63,547 nt of DNA from Candidatus Bruticola sp. Lineage in GTDB: Bacteria > Vulcanimicrobiota > Xenobia > Xenobiales > Xenobiaceae. A program made the position numbers and the translations under genes. Location of the stretch: positions 12,167-75,713 of the forward strand of contig JBJEGD010000034.1 in NCBI GenBank assembly GCA_051874735.1, in the 5' to 3' direction. The notes beneath the pieces were generated by a model. That model searched no databases and was not told the origin of the DNA. It worked only from the letters and a program-made list of their open reading frames with translations. Shown here in pieces: positions 1 to 8,769 of the stretch (its first letter is position 1; each line of letters starts with the position of its first letter).

Positions 1-53
1 CCGCGACCTCCGGCGTGACAGGCCAGCGCCCTAAGCCTCTAGGCCACTCCCCC
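1..53 (-). tRNA. tRNA-Asp(GTC), 3' part cut off by the window edge
   Basis: Identical to the corresponding part of the complete copy at 193-269; anticodon loop CTGTCAC. Confidence 0.9.
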
Positions 54-96
54 ATGGAGTGCTTTATACTCCAGAACAAGCAGACGCCCGTCCTGA

Positions 97-172
97 TGGT
101 GCCGAGGCCCAGATTCGGACTGGGGACACTGCAATTTTCAGTCGCATGCTCTACCAACTGAGCTACCCCGGC
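97..172 (-). tRNA. tRNA-Phe(GAA)
   Basis: Reverse complement GCCGGGGTAGCTCAGTTGGTAGAGCATGCGACTGAAAATTGCAGTGTCCCCAGTCCGAATCTGGGCCTCGGCACCA folds as a cloverleaf with GAA anticodon and encoded CCA. Confidence 0.95.
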
Positions 173-192
173 AGACAAAAAAGAGTACGTTT

Positions 193-269
193 TGGCGGGA
201 GAGACGGGATTCGAACCCGCGACCTCCGGCGTGACAGGCCAGCGCCCTAAGCCTCTAGGCCACTCCCCC
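193..269 (-). tRNA. tRNA-Asp(GTC)
   Basis: GGGGGAG/CTCTCCC acceptor stem, G73 discriminator, CCA, GTC anticodon, GTTCGAAT T-loop. Confidence 0.95.
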
Positions 270-312
270 ATACCGCAGACGACTCTTTCTTAGTCGGTGT
301 CCCGCGTACAAA

Positions 313-389
313 TGGTGGGCGGAACAGGACTCGAACCTGTGACCCCCTGCATGTGACGCAGGTGCTCTAGCCAACTGAGCTATTCGCCC
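313..389 (-). tRNA. tRNA-Val(CAC)
   Basis: GGGCGAATAGCTCAGTTGGCTAGAGCACCTGCGTCACATGCAGG...GTTCGAGTC...CCA; anticodon stem CCTGC/GCAGG around CAC. Confidence 0.92.
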
Positions 390-402
390 TCGGGACAGAG
401 CT

Positions 403-431
403 ATTTTATATATAGAAATTATTTATGTCAA
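403..431 (-). promoter_or_regulatory. Sigma70/sigmaA promoter of the tRNA cluster
   Basis: Minus strand TTGACA-17 nt-TAAAAT, 13 nt upstream of tRNA-Val. Confidence 0.8.
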
Positions 432-502
432 TAGGGTAAAAACATATTTTTGGGCTATTTTTTACGTCAAACTTTGTAGATGAGTTTTTTTACGGTAGAC
501 AA

Positions 503-541
503 AACTTGCGGCTGCAGTCATAAAGACTGCAGCCGCAAGTT
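503..541 (-). terminator. Probable intrinsic terminator of the dnaK operon
   Basis: Perfect 17-bp inverted repeat AACTTGCGGCTGCAGTC-5 nt-GACTGCAGCCGCAAGTT just downstream of rsmE. Confidence 0.7.
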
Positions 542-583
542 AAACTGGCCGCGTATTTCAAGAAAAAAAGAAGTTGCTATTAA

Positions 584-1291
584 TTAAAAAGCAAAACGAG
601 AAGCAGCCGCTAAAGCCGCCGTTTCTACACGCAAAATTCGTTTACCTAAACTGCAGAAGCGGCAACGAAAACGCTTAGCTAGCGACAATTCTTCAGGAGA
701 GAATCCTCCCTCCGGACCGATGAACAAAGTACAAGCTTTAAAAGATAATGGCTCAGTATGTAAAGTTGGCACATCGCAATCAAAAATCAGACATTCTTCG
801 CCTCTGGCGTACTGCTCTAACACTTGGCCCAAACTTTGAGGTTCAGTCACTGACGGCACCTTAACGCGGCCACACTGACAAGCAGCTCCCACAGCTAAAC
901 GTTGCCAGCGCATACGCTTAGCTGCCCCAGGCTCTAGAACTTGAGTGAACTCCGTTAACAAGGGAACGATCTCTGCAGCTCCTAATTCGGTCAATTTTTC
1001 TACAGCCCAATCAAAGCGCTCTCCTTTTACTAAAGCAAGACAGACACGCAGCTTACATATCATTTCGGTATCGGGATAAGATACCGATAAAGCCACTCCT
1101 CTAGGGAGCCCACGACGAGGAAGATCTTGCAGACGGCACAAAAACTCTCCGCCAGAATTATCAAAAGCAGCGAACTCCTGACCAGGACGCAACCGAACTG
1201 ATTTAGTAAGATGAGCGCAAGCATCTGCTTCGATATCAAAACACTCACCAACCCGCAGAGGCTGAGGAGAAAAAATTCTCGTTATACGCAT
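584..1291 (-). CDS. rsmE: 16S rRNA m3U1498 methyltransferase RsmE
   Basis: EKLTELG, FIGPEGGFS and LGKRILRVETA SPOUT motifs; follows dnaJ-prmA. Confidence 0.95.
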   Translation of the reverse strand: MRITRIFSPQPLRVGECFDIEADACAHLTKSVRLRPGQEFAAFDNSGGEFLCRLQDLPRRGLPRGVALSVSYPDTEMICKLRVCLALVKGERFDWAVEKLTELGAAEIVPLLTEFTQVLEPGAAKRMRWQRLAVGAACQCGRVKVPSVTEPQSLGQVLEQYARGEECLIFDCDVPTLHTEPLSFKACTLFIGPEGGFSPEELSLAKRFRCRFCSLGKRILRVETAALAAASRFAF

Positions 1292-1306
1292 AAAATTTGG
1301 CCGCCC

Positions 1307-2188
1307 TTACTTTTTTCTAAGCAGGAGACAAACCCAATCGTCTTTATCGATACGGTCGGCAACTTCAGCCCCTTCATCAGCAAAAGCTTCAATTACATCT
1401 TCAGCACGTTCCTGCACTATACCGCTAACTATCAGCAGCCCCTCAGGCGCTACCACCTTTGTTAAGTCAGAAGCTAAACGACAAAGTAACGAAGCCACCA
1501 AATTTGCACAAACTAAAGGGAAACATCCTTTTTCTAAAGGAACTCCGACATATTCAAACAGATCGCAACTGGAAATTAAGTTGTTAGCAGTGAAATTATC
1601 CTTGGCGGCCTTTACAGCTACGGGATCACTGTCGGAAGCAGTGATATAAGTACTGCCCAAAAGACGAGCAGCTATGGCTAAAATACCAGAACCGGTACCG
1701 ACATCGAGCATACTGTCAGGTACACGACTGCTGTAAACCCGCTCCATCATTTCTAAACACATAGCCGTACTAGCGTGAGCTCCAGTACCAAAAGCCATAC
1801 CAGGATCAAGAGTTATTATTTTATCACCTTCTTCAGGCTTGAATTCTTCCCAAGAAGGACAGACCACAATATGGCAGCCAAAACGCATAGGATGATAAAA
1901 CTGCTTCCAACAATTGGCCCAATCTTCATCGACAATACTACTGCGAGTACGACATTCACCACCTAAAGCGCGCACACCGTCAATAATTAAGCTGAGCCGC
2001 TCTTCCCATTTTTCAGTACAGGGCAAATAAACAATCCAGCAGAGTTGAGGCTCCTCCGCTTCTACGACCCAACCGCCTAAGCGGCATGAAGTCAAAAAAG
2101 TGTCAAGTTCATCTGCTATCTCAGGAGCAGCGGTAATTTCCAATTCCTGCCAAGTCAGGCCGCGCAGGCTAGCCGAAGATTGCATCAT
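1307..2188 (-). CDS. prmA: Ribosomal protein L11 methyltransferase PrmA
   Basis: EDWAN.WK, LDPGMAFGTGAHAST, LDVGTGSGILAI; start moved to ATG 2188/2185 because the ORF-track start overlaps dnaJ heavily. Confidence 0.93.
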   Translation of the reverse strand: MMQSSASLRGLTWQELEITAAPEIADELDTFLTSCRLGGWVVEAEEPQLCWIVYLPCTEKWEERLSLIIDGVRALGGECRTRSSIVDEDWANCWKQFYHPMRFGCHIVVCPSWEEFKPEEGDKIITLDPGMAFGTGAHASTAMCLEMMERVYSSRVPDSMLDVGTGSGILAIAARLLGSTYITASDSDPVAVKAAKDNFTANNLISSCDLFEYVGVPLEKGCFPLVCANLVASLLCRLASDLTKVVAPEGLLIVSGIVQERAEDVIEAFADEGAEVADRIDKDDWVCLLLRKK

Positions 2189-3314
2189 GAATTTTCCCGA
2201 AAAATCCTTTACTTGGTTCTTTAGCTTCCTGCGGTCCAGCTTCAGCGAACTCTTGAAGAAGCTTTTTCTGTTTCTCATTAAGTTTGGTAGGCACAATAAC
2301 CTGAACAACTACATGTAGATCGCCAAAGTGGCTGCCGTTAAATTCAGGCATACCACAGCCGCGCATTCTGAAGGTAGTTCCGCTTTGCGTACCAGCTGGA
2401 ATACGCAGCTTCTTAGGCTCACCTACTACTTGCTCAACTGCAACATCTTCGCCTAACGCAGCTTGAGTAAACGTTATATCCTTCTTATATATGATATCAG
2501 CCCCTTCACGCACAAAGCGTTTGTCATCTTCAACTTCGACCATAACCAGCACGCTGCCTCTGGGACCGCCATTAGCTCCCGGTTCTCCACAATCGGCTAA
2601 ACGTAACCCATTGCCCGTATCAATGCCGGCCGGGATGCTAATTTCCATATGCTTCTCTTTTTCAACCACCCCGGTACCTTTGCATTCGGCACACGGCTTG
2701 ACAACTTTTTTGCCTAACCCACCACAAGCGGGACATTCAATAACCTGGGACACCGTACCGAAGCCGATATTAATCTGCTTTTGAATCCGACCGGCTCCTT
2801 TACAAACAGAACAAACCTCAAGTCCGTCAGGTTCAGTAGTCAACTTACCTTGGCAAGATAGGCAGGTTTCATGAACTTTGAATGATATATCACGCTTACA
2901 TCCGGTAAAGGCTTCTTGCAAAGTAATGGTTACATCTAGGCGTATATCACGTCCACGCCTAGGCTGACGAGCATCACGCCCTCCCCCACCCATATTCATA
3001 AAGCTTTCGAATATATCGCCGAATCCTCCGAACGCATCGAAGCCACCAAAACCGCTGAAACCTCCTCCGCCACCAGAAGCAGAAGAAGTTCCAGGAGCTT
3101 CTCCGTAACGATCGTAGTAAGCCCTTTTATCGGGATCAGAAAGCACGCCGTATGCTTCATTTACTTTAATCATCTCTTCTTGAGCTTTGGCTTTGTCTTC
3201 AGCTACATCAGGATGATATTTACGCACCAAACGACGATATGCTTGCTTAATATCTTGCTCTGAAGCGTCGTGCGGTATATTTAGAACTTCGTAATAGTCA
3301 ACGTTGGTTGCCAT
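2169..3314 (-). CDS. dnaJ: Chaperone DnaJ
   Basis: J-domain with HPD, G/F-rich region, four CxxCxGxG-like zinc-finger repeats, C-terminal domain. Confidence 0.97.
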   Translation of the reverse strand: MATNVDYYEVLNIPHDASEQDIKQAYRRLVRKYHPDVAEDKAKAQEEMIKVNEAYGVLSDPDKRAYYDRYGEAPGTSSASGGGGGFSGFGGFDAFGGFGDIFESFMNMGGGGRDARQPRRGRDIRLDVTITLQEAFTGCKRDISFKVHETCLSCQGKLTTEPDGLEVCSVCKGAGRIQKQINIGFGTVSQVIECPACGGLGKKVVKPCAECKGTGVVEKEKHMEISIPAGIDTGNGLRLADCGEPGANGGPRGSVLVMVEVEDDKRFVREGADIIYKKDITFTQAALGEDVAVEQVVGEPKKLRIPAGTQSGTTFRMRGCGMPEFNGSHFGDLHVVVQVIVPTKLNEKQKKLLQEFAEAGPQEAKEPSKGFFGKIHDAIFG

Positions 3315-3336
3315 ACAATATGGTACTCCTCAAAAA

Positions 3337-3386
3337 AACGTCGACCCCGGGGAATATATATCAGCGAATTCCTCGAAGCCGACGTT
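3337..3386 (-). terminator. Stem-loop plus U-tract between dnaK and dnaJ (internal terminator/attenuator)
   Basis: On the mRNA strand AACGTCGGCTTCGAGGAAT pairs with ATTCCCCGGGGTCGACGTT (19 positions, three G-U pairs, one mismatch), followed by a U-run and the dnaJ RBS GAGGAG. Confidence 0.6.
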
Positions 3387-3423
3387 ATACACTACGGCAG
3401 TAACATACCTGCCGTTTTACGTT

Positions 3424-5298
3424 TTAGTTAGATCCTTCTTTATCGAACCAGCTGAAGAGATCTTCATCGGCCGGCTCATCATCAACTGCAGCTTTGATAG
3501 GATCGTCGGCCTTCTTAGGCTCAGCACCCACACGACCGGTCTCCAAAGCGTAGTAAGCATCGGTAGAAATACTAAAGAGCTGATCAGACAAAGCCTTGGT
3601 ATCGGCAGCAATCTTGGGAAGATCGAAAGCCTGCATCGACATGCGCAGACGATCGATAGCATCACGCAAAGCTCTCTGATGCTCAGGGGTAATGCGCTCG
3701 CCCAAATCACGCATAGTGTGTTCAGCAGTATCAATCTCAATATTAGCCTTATTGCGGATGGTTGACTCTTCACGGCGGCGACCATCTTCCTCGGCATAAA
3801 CCGCAGCTTCCTTGACCATATGGTCGATCTCTTCACGCGATAAGTTGGTAGGAGACTGAATTGTAATCTTCTGCTTATTACCAGTCGCCATATCCTTGGC
3901 AGAGACATTAACAATACCATTAGCATCAAGATCGAAAGTAACTTCAATCTGAGGCACACCGCGTGGCGCCGGAGGAATATTCCTCAGTTCAAAACGTCCC
4001 AAAGATTTGTTATGAGCGGCCAATTCGCGCTCGCCCTGTAAGCAGTGTACTTCTACCACGGTCTGACCGTCAGCTGCTGTAGTAAAAATTCTGGTCTTAG
4101 AACAAGGGATGTGAGAGTTGCGCTCAATAAGCTTAGTAAACACACCACCTACTGTTTCAATACCTAAAGACAGAGAAGTGACATCCAAAAGGACCATATC
4201 CTTCACTTCGCCAGCCAAAACAGCGCCCTGAATAGCAGCGCCCATGGACACGACCTTGTCAGGGTCAATTTCACGGGAGGGTTCTCTGTTAAAGAGAGAA
4301 CGTACTTTATCCTGCACCGCAGGCATGCGGGTAGAGCCGCCCACTAACAACACCTTGTTAATCTGACCGATAGCCAAACCGGAGTCGCTCAAAGCTCTCC
4401 TAGCCGGTTCTTCACATCTGGCTACCAAGTCAGCGGTCAGTTCCTGAAATTTTACTCGGGTCAACTCGACGTCGAGATGCTTAGGGCCAGTGGCATCGGC
4501 CGCGATGAAGGGCAGATTAATGCGAGTAGTGGTCTCGCTAGAAAGTTTAATTTTAGCATTTTCAGCAGCTTCTTTAAGACGCTGCATAGCTAAACGATCG
4601 GTACTCAAATCGAGATTATGCTGGTTTTTGAATTCCTCAACCAACCAGTCCATAATGCGCTGATCCCAGTCATCACCGCCCAAATGGGAGTCGCCAGCTG
4701 TAGCCTTAACTTCAACTAAACCGCCTCCGATTTCGACGATGGAGACATCGAAGGTACCACCTCCCAAGTCCCATACCAGAACCGTCTCAGTACGATCGGA
4801 AGCAGCTTCATCATCGGTTTTATTTAAACCATATGCCATACACGAAGCGGTAGGTTCGTTGATGATACGCAGAACTTCCAAACCAGCGATAGTACCAGCA
4901 TCTTTGGTAGCCTGACGCTCAGAATCGGAAAAATAGGCAGGAACGGTAATTACAGCTTGTTCGACAGGGAACCCCAAATAGGCCTCAGCATCAGCTTTAA
5001 TTTTCTGAAGAATCATAGCAGATATTTCCTGAGGGCTATACTGTTTGTCGTCAATTACTGTCTTATGATCTGTGCCCATGTACCGTTTAATTGAAATAAT
5101 TGTACGATCTGGGTTTGACACAGCTTGACGTTTAGCGACAGAACCGACCAAACGCTCGCCAGTCTTTGAGAAACCAACTACCGATGGGAAAAGATAATCC
5201 CCTTCAGCACTAGGGATGGCAATGGGCTGCCCCCCTTCAACAATAGATACAACGGAGTTTGTTGTACCAAGATCTATGCCGACAATCTTACCTGCCAT
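3424..5298 (-). CDS. dnaK: Chaperone DnaK (Hsp70)
   Basis: [34 protein letters not shown]; start set at MAGKIVG downstream of GGAGG. Confidence 0.97.
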   Translation of the reverse strand: MAGKIVGIDLGTTNSVVSIVEGGQPIAIPSAEGDYLFPSVVGFSKTGERLVGSVAKRQAVSNPDRTIISIKRYMGTDHKTVIDDKQYSPQEISAMILQKIKADAEAYLGFPVEQAVITVPAYFSDSERQATKDAGTIAGLEVLRIINEPTASCMAYGLNKTDDEAASDRTETVLVWDLGGGTFDVSIVEIGGGLVEVKATAGDSHLGGDDWDQRIMDWLVEEFKNQHNLDLSTDRLAMQRLKEAAENAKIKLSSETTTRINLPFIAADATGPKHLDVELTRVKFQELTADLVARCEEPARRALSDSGLAIGQINKVLLVGGSTRMPAVQDKVRSLFNREPSREIDPDKVVSMGAAIQGAVLAGEVKDMVLLDVTSLSLGIETVGGVFTKLIERNSHIPCSKTRIFTTAADGQTVVEVHCLQGERELAAHNKSLGRFELRNIPPAPRGVPQIEVTFDLDANGIVNVSAKDMATGNKQKITIQSPTNLSREEIDHMVKEAAVYAEEDGRRREESTIRNKANIEIDTAEHTMRDLGERITPEHQRALRDAIDRLRMSMQAFDLPKIAADTKALSDQLFSISTDAYYALETGRVGAEPKKADDPIKAAVDDEPADEDLFSWFDKEGSN

Positions 5299-5785
5299 AC
5301 TAATTCCGGAACCTCCGAATAAGAGCGTACACTCTCTACCTCTACGCATTAACGCGAGAATATGCGACTGGGCGTTTCTTTATATCGGCACTCGAATTTG
5401 GAGCTAAGCACCAACACAAACAGGGAAAGCGTTATCTGAGAGATAGCTCCAAACGACACTCTCCTTAAGCGAATAAGGCAGCCCACACGCCTTATAGCCA
5501 CCAATTAAATTTTGTTTACGTTCTGATTATTCCCACCGCTGCCTTAAATTCTTCTTTTAACAGCCGCAGAACAGTGCCTCTGTCCATTCAACAAAAAGGG
5601 CCGTTTACCTTCACAAAAAAGGATCCCAACGCACGTCTTTTCAGCCTTTTTAGCTTAAATTTAACCAATTCAGATCGCACGCCGACTGACAAGCAGCTCC
5701 TCAAGATAACAAGTCAAAGAAGCTAAGCTTTAAATTCAAGTATTGTTACCTAACAATTGTGAATTAGATAACTGCCATAATAGCC

Positions 5786-7114
5786 CTATTTAGAATTTCC
5801 TGGATCAGCACTGGCTAAACGTACCATAGCAGCACGAAGCAGTTTACCGTCGAGCAAATAACCTCGGCGCAATTCATCGAAGACATGATCTTCTGGAACT
5901 TCATTAGTCTGCACGTGTCCCATAGCCTCATGGAAATTAGGGTCAAAAGGCTGTCCCTCTGACTGGATTGCCTCTAATCCCTCTGCTTGGCAGCAATCGA
6001 GCAGCTGACTGTAAATTTGCTTAAGGCCGCTGAGAATACTGTCAGCGTTTTGAGAAGCAGCTGAAGGTTTTAAAGCGCCGTCAAAGCTATCCATCACCGG
6101 AAGCAGACGTTCAAAAAGCGACTCTTTAGCCTTTTGGCTCTTAAATTTCAGATCTTTTTCTAAACGGGCCTTAATGTTGGTGACGTCCTGGGCCATTTTT
6201 TCGCAGCGTTTTTCAGCTTCTTCAGCTTCCATACGAGCCTTAAGGAGAAGACTGTCCTTAAATTCCATCTGACGCTTCAAAGCAGTCAAAGTAGCTTCTG
6301 AAACGTTATCTTCTTGCTTGGCTTCCTCTTCAGGATGCTTACCCTGTGAAGATGCTGCAGAGACGCAGACCCCAGCTGCTTCCGCAGCAGCTGCCAGCTT
6401 CTGTGAAGCATAAGAATTTTTTTTGGAAGCGCGTCCAGTTACTAAAGCACTGGACTGTTCAAAAAGCATTTCTTCTTGAAGCTTGCGCAGTTTTCGGTCG
6501 TACTCAGCTTTACTGCGCTGCATAATTTCTGTCTGACGTTGGAAATTTTCTAGCATTACTTGAGAGGTCATGCGGTAAAGACCGATCAAATCAGAGGCAG
6601 TGCAGCCATGCTTGCGAATGCGGGTTAAACGGGGTTTAAGATAAGAAAGAAACTCTAAACTGCTGACAACTTTCTCAAGTTCTTCCATATCAGACTTAAC
6701 TTTAGCTGCTTCAGCTTCATCGTTCGTATCTTCATCGCTATTTTTTCCCTGAGCGACAGCTTCGGCAGAGGGATTCAGCTTAGAGACCATGTTAGAGGTG
6801 CTCTGTTTTTCTGCTTGTTTATCTAGTTCTGCGTTTTCCGCTGCATTTTTAAAGCCGGGAGGGACTTCCGCTTCTCCCAAAAGTTCAGAAAGCGAAGCCG
6901 GAGCACAAAAATCATCAGATTCACTCGTGTAGGCTGCAGTCGGAGCTCCCAAAAGCGACTCTTCCGCTGCCTGTTGAGGTTCGCTTTTTTCAGCAGTTTT
7001 TACCCCATTAGTCGAAGGCGAAATACTATCTGCCCTCTCATCTTCTGCCTCTATCATCCAGGAAGGCAGCTTTGTACGCGACTTAGCACTTTTGTCACTA
7101 GGTGATGAATCCAT
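5786..7114 (-). CDS. grpE: Nucleotide exchange factor GrpE with long N-terminal extension
   Basis: C-terminal LLPVMDSF...GQPFDPNFHEAM...RGYLLDGKLLRAAMV; upstream of dnaK; GAGGTG RBS before the ATG. Confidence 0.88.
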   Translation of the reverse strand: MDSSPSDKSAKSRTKLPSWMIEAEDERADSISPSTNGVKTAEKSEPQQAAEESLLGAPTAAYTSESDDFCAPASLSELLGEAEVPPGFKNAAENAELDKQAEKQSTSNMVSKLNPSAEAVAQGKNSDEDTNDEAEAAKVKSDMEELEKVVSSLEFLSYLKPRLTRIRKHGCTASDLIGLYRMTSQVMLENFQRQTEIMQRSKAEYDRKLRKLQEEMLFEQSSALVTGRASKKNSYASQKLAAAAEAAGVCVSAASSQGKHPEEEAKQEDNVSEATLTALKRQMEFKDSLLLKARMEAEEAEKRCEKMAQDVTNIKARLEKDLKFKSQKAKESLFERLLPVMDSFDGALKPSAASQNADSILSGLKQIYSQLLDCCQAEGLEAIQSEGQPFDPNFHEAMGHVQTNEVPEDHVFDELRRGYLLDGKLLRAAMVRLASADPGNSK

Positions 7115-7249
7115 CTTTATAACACCTCAATTTTCTCGCAAGCGAGTCTGCATTACTAAATGAAGTACTTATATATAAAGTAATAGTTTACCTTTTTTTC
7201 TGCATATTCTCAGTTTATAAAACAGCAGACAAAACTTTGGAACAGTATA

Positions 7250-7307
7250 AAAAAGCGGCTTTCTGCTGCCCCATGCTTTATGCACAGGAATTCAGAAAAC
7301 CGTTTTT
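7250..7307 (-). terminator. Probable terminator of the oxidoreductase operon
   Basis: AAAAACGGTTTTCTG...CAGAAAGCCGCTTTTT stem with U-tract on the minus strand. Confidence 0.5.
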
Positions 7308-7332
7308 AGCCGTTGTACTCAAGGAAAAAGGC

Positions 7333-8769
7333 CTAAGCTTGAGTTTCAAACAAATTTTTGAACGCTTTAACGCCTTCAAAAAAAGCTCGTCGGTTTATAT
7401 CCTGAATTTTGGCATTTTTCTTTAGACCGTTTTTTAGAGCTTCTAAGAAGGTTTCTTCAGGGAAAATGCGCGTAGCCGCGCAAAACGCTCCCAGACAGAC
7501 CACATTTTTAAGAATGCGAGTGCCTAAATTTTGCGCGATCTCAGCAAAAGGTATACCGTACACCTTAACGCCTTTAGGGACAGGAGGAACCTCAAAAATA
7601 ACGGCACTGTCATAGATAATAATACCTCCTTCCGCGACAGAAGGAGCAAACTTAACTAAACTGGGAGCATTAAAAGCAGCTAAAATTTGAGGATTAGGCA
7701 CCGAAGGAGAAAGCACCTCGTGAGCGATGTGCACATCAGCGTAAGAAGTACCTCCACGCGATTCTGGACCATAGCTAGGTATATGAGTAGCGTCTAGGCC
7801 TTCTTGAAGAGCGGCCCGAGTTAGTAAGAGAGCGGCCGTCTGAGCGCCATCTCCACCAGATCCGGCGAATTTTACGCCAATATCTTCAGCATCGAGATGA
7901 GTGGGGAATCCATTTGTGAACTGAGGAACCGCCTCATGAACAGCTCCTATTTCACTCAAAAGTTTTTCCACTTGATAAACAGGACGCTTTATTTCCGGAA
8001 GCTCAACAACCTCGGCGGCAGTGTCCTTCTTAACTCCCAAAGGATAAACGGGAATCATGTTGTCGCGCACCCATTCAGAAGCCTTGACAGGATCTAGTTT
8101 AAGCTGAACTGGGCATTCAGAGACAACCTCTATGAAAGAGAATCCAAGACCGTCAACTTGAATTTGCAAAGCCTTCTTGATAGCTTTTTTAGCCTTAATA
8201 CGGTTTTTATGGTCAAACAGAGCGACACGTTCCACATACACTGGACCGTCTAAGCCGGCAATAATTTCAGCCACTTTCATAGGCTGTCCCATTGACGGAG
8301 TACGTCCATCAGGGCAAGTGGCCATTTTTTGACCAATTAAAGTAGTGGGAGCCATCTGACCGCCAGTCATACCGTAAGTACTGTTATTAACAAAAATAAC
8401 GGTTATAGGCAAGCCCATCTGAGCAGCCGAGATTATTTCGGCTAAACCAATGGAAGCTAAATCACCGTCTCCTTGGTAAGAAACGACTATGGAATCGGGA
8501 CGAGCTGTCTTTTGTCCCAAAGCAGCTGCCGGAGCTCGACCGTGAGCAGACTGGATATTACCCACATTCATGTAGTAATAAAGGAAAACGCTGCAGCCCA
8601 CAGGAGAAATGGCCACTGTTCGATCTTGGATACCCAATTCAGCAATCGATTCGGAAAGGAACTTGTGAATCAACCCGTGGCCGCATCCAGGGCAATAATG
8701 GGTGGCGTGAGCTTTTACACCTTTGCCATGAGCATGACGTTCAAAAGTTTCATAAAATACATGGTTCAT
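7333..8769 (-). CDS. 2-oxoacid:ferredoxin oxidoreductase, fused beta (TPP-binding) + gamma subunit (Vor/Kor-like)
   Basis: YCPGCGHG, PVGCS, QGDGDLASIG, YGMTGGQMAPTT (beta); AGSGGDG, SYGPESRGGTS (gamma). Confidence 0.9.
   Translation of the reverse strand: MNHVFYETFERHAHGKGVKAHATHYCPGCGHGLIHKFLSESIAELGIQDRTVAISPVGCSVFLYYYMNVGNIQSAHGRAPAAALGQKTARPDSIVVSYQGDGDLASIGLAEIISAAQMGLPITVIFVNNSTYGMTGGQMAPTTLIGQKMATCPDGRTPSMGQPMKVAEIIAGLDGPVYVERVALFDHKNRIKAKKAIKKALQIQVDGLGFSFIEVVSECPVQLKLDPVKASEWVRDNMIPVYPLGVKKDTAAEVVELPEIKRPVYQVEKLLSEIGAVHEAVPQFTNGFPTHLDAEDIGVKFAGSGGDGAQTAALLLTRAALQEGLDATHIPSYGPESRGGTSYADVHIAHEVLSPSVPNPQILAAFNAPSLVKFAPSVAEGGIIIYDSAVIFEVPPVPKGVKVYGIPFAEIAQNLGTRILKNVVCLGAFCAATRIFPEETFLEALKNGLKKNAKIQDINRRAFFEGVKAFKNLFETQA

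Noticed and set aside
59-250. 63-aa ORF on +
   Set aside because: Antisense to tRNA-Phe and tRNA-Asp; a typical spurious tRNA-shadow ORF
1-271. Direct repeat 1-55 / 217-271 as a possible att site or CRISPR repeat
   Set aside because: Explained by two identical tRNA-Asp genes; no integrase or spacer pattern
2189-2308. N-terminal extension of PrmA in the ORF track
   Set aside because: Overlaps the dnaJ 3' end; the ATG at 2188/2185 gives a normal-length PrmA
3304-3959. Overlapping 153-aa (+) and 180-aa (-) ORFs within dnaK
   Set aside because: Alternative-frame shadows of a conserved gene, with no recognisable motifs
5385-5411. Possible CIRCE element before dnaK
   Set aside because: Only one half-site (GGCACTC) matches; the partner 9 nt away does not
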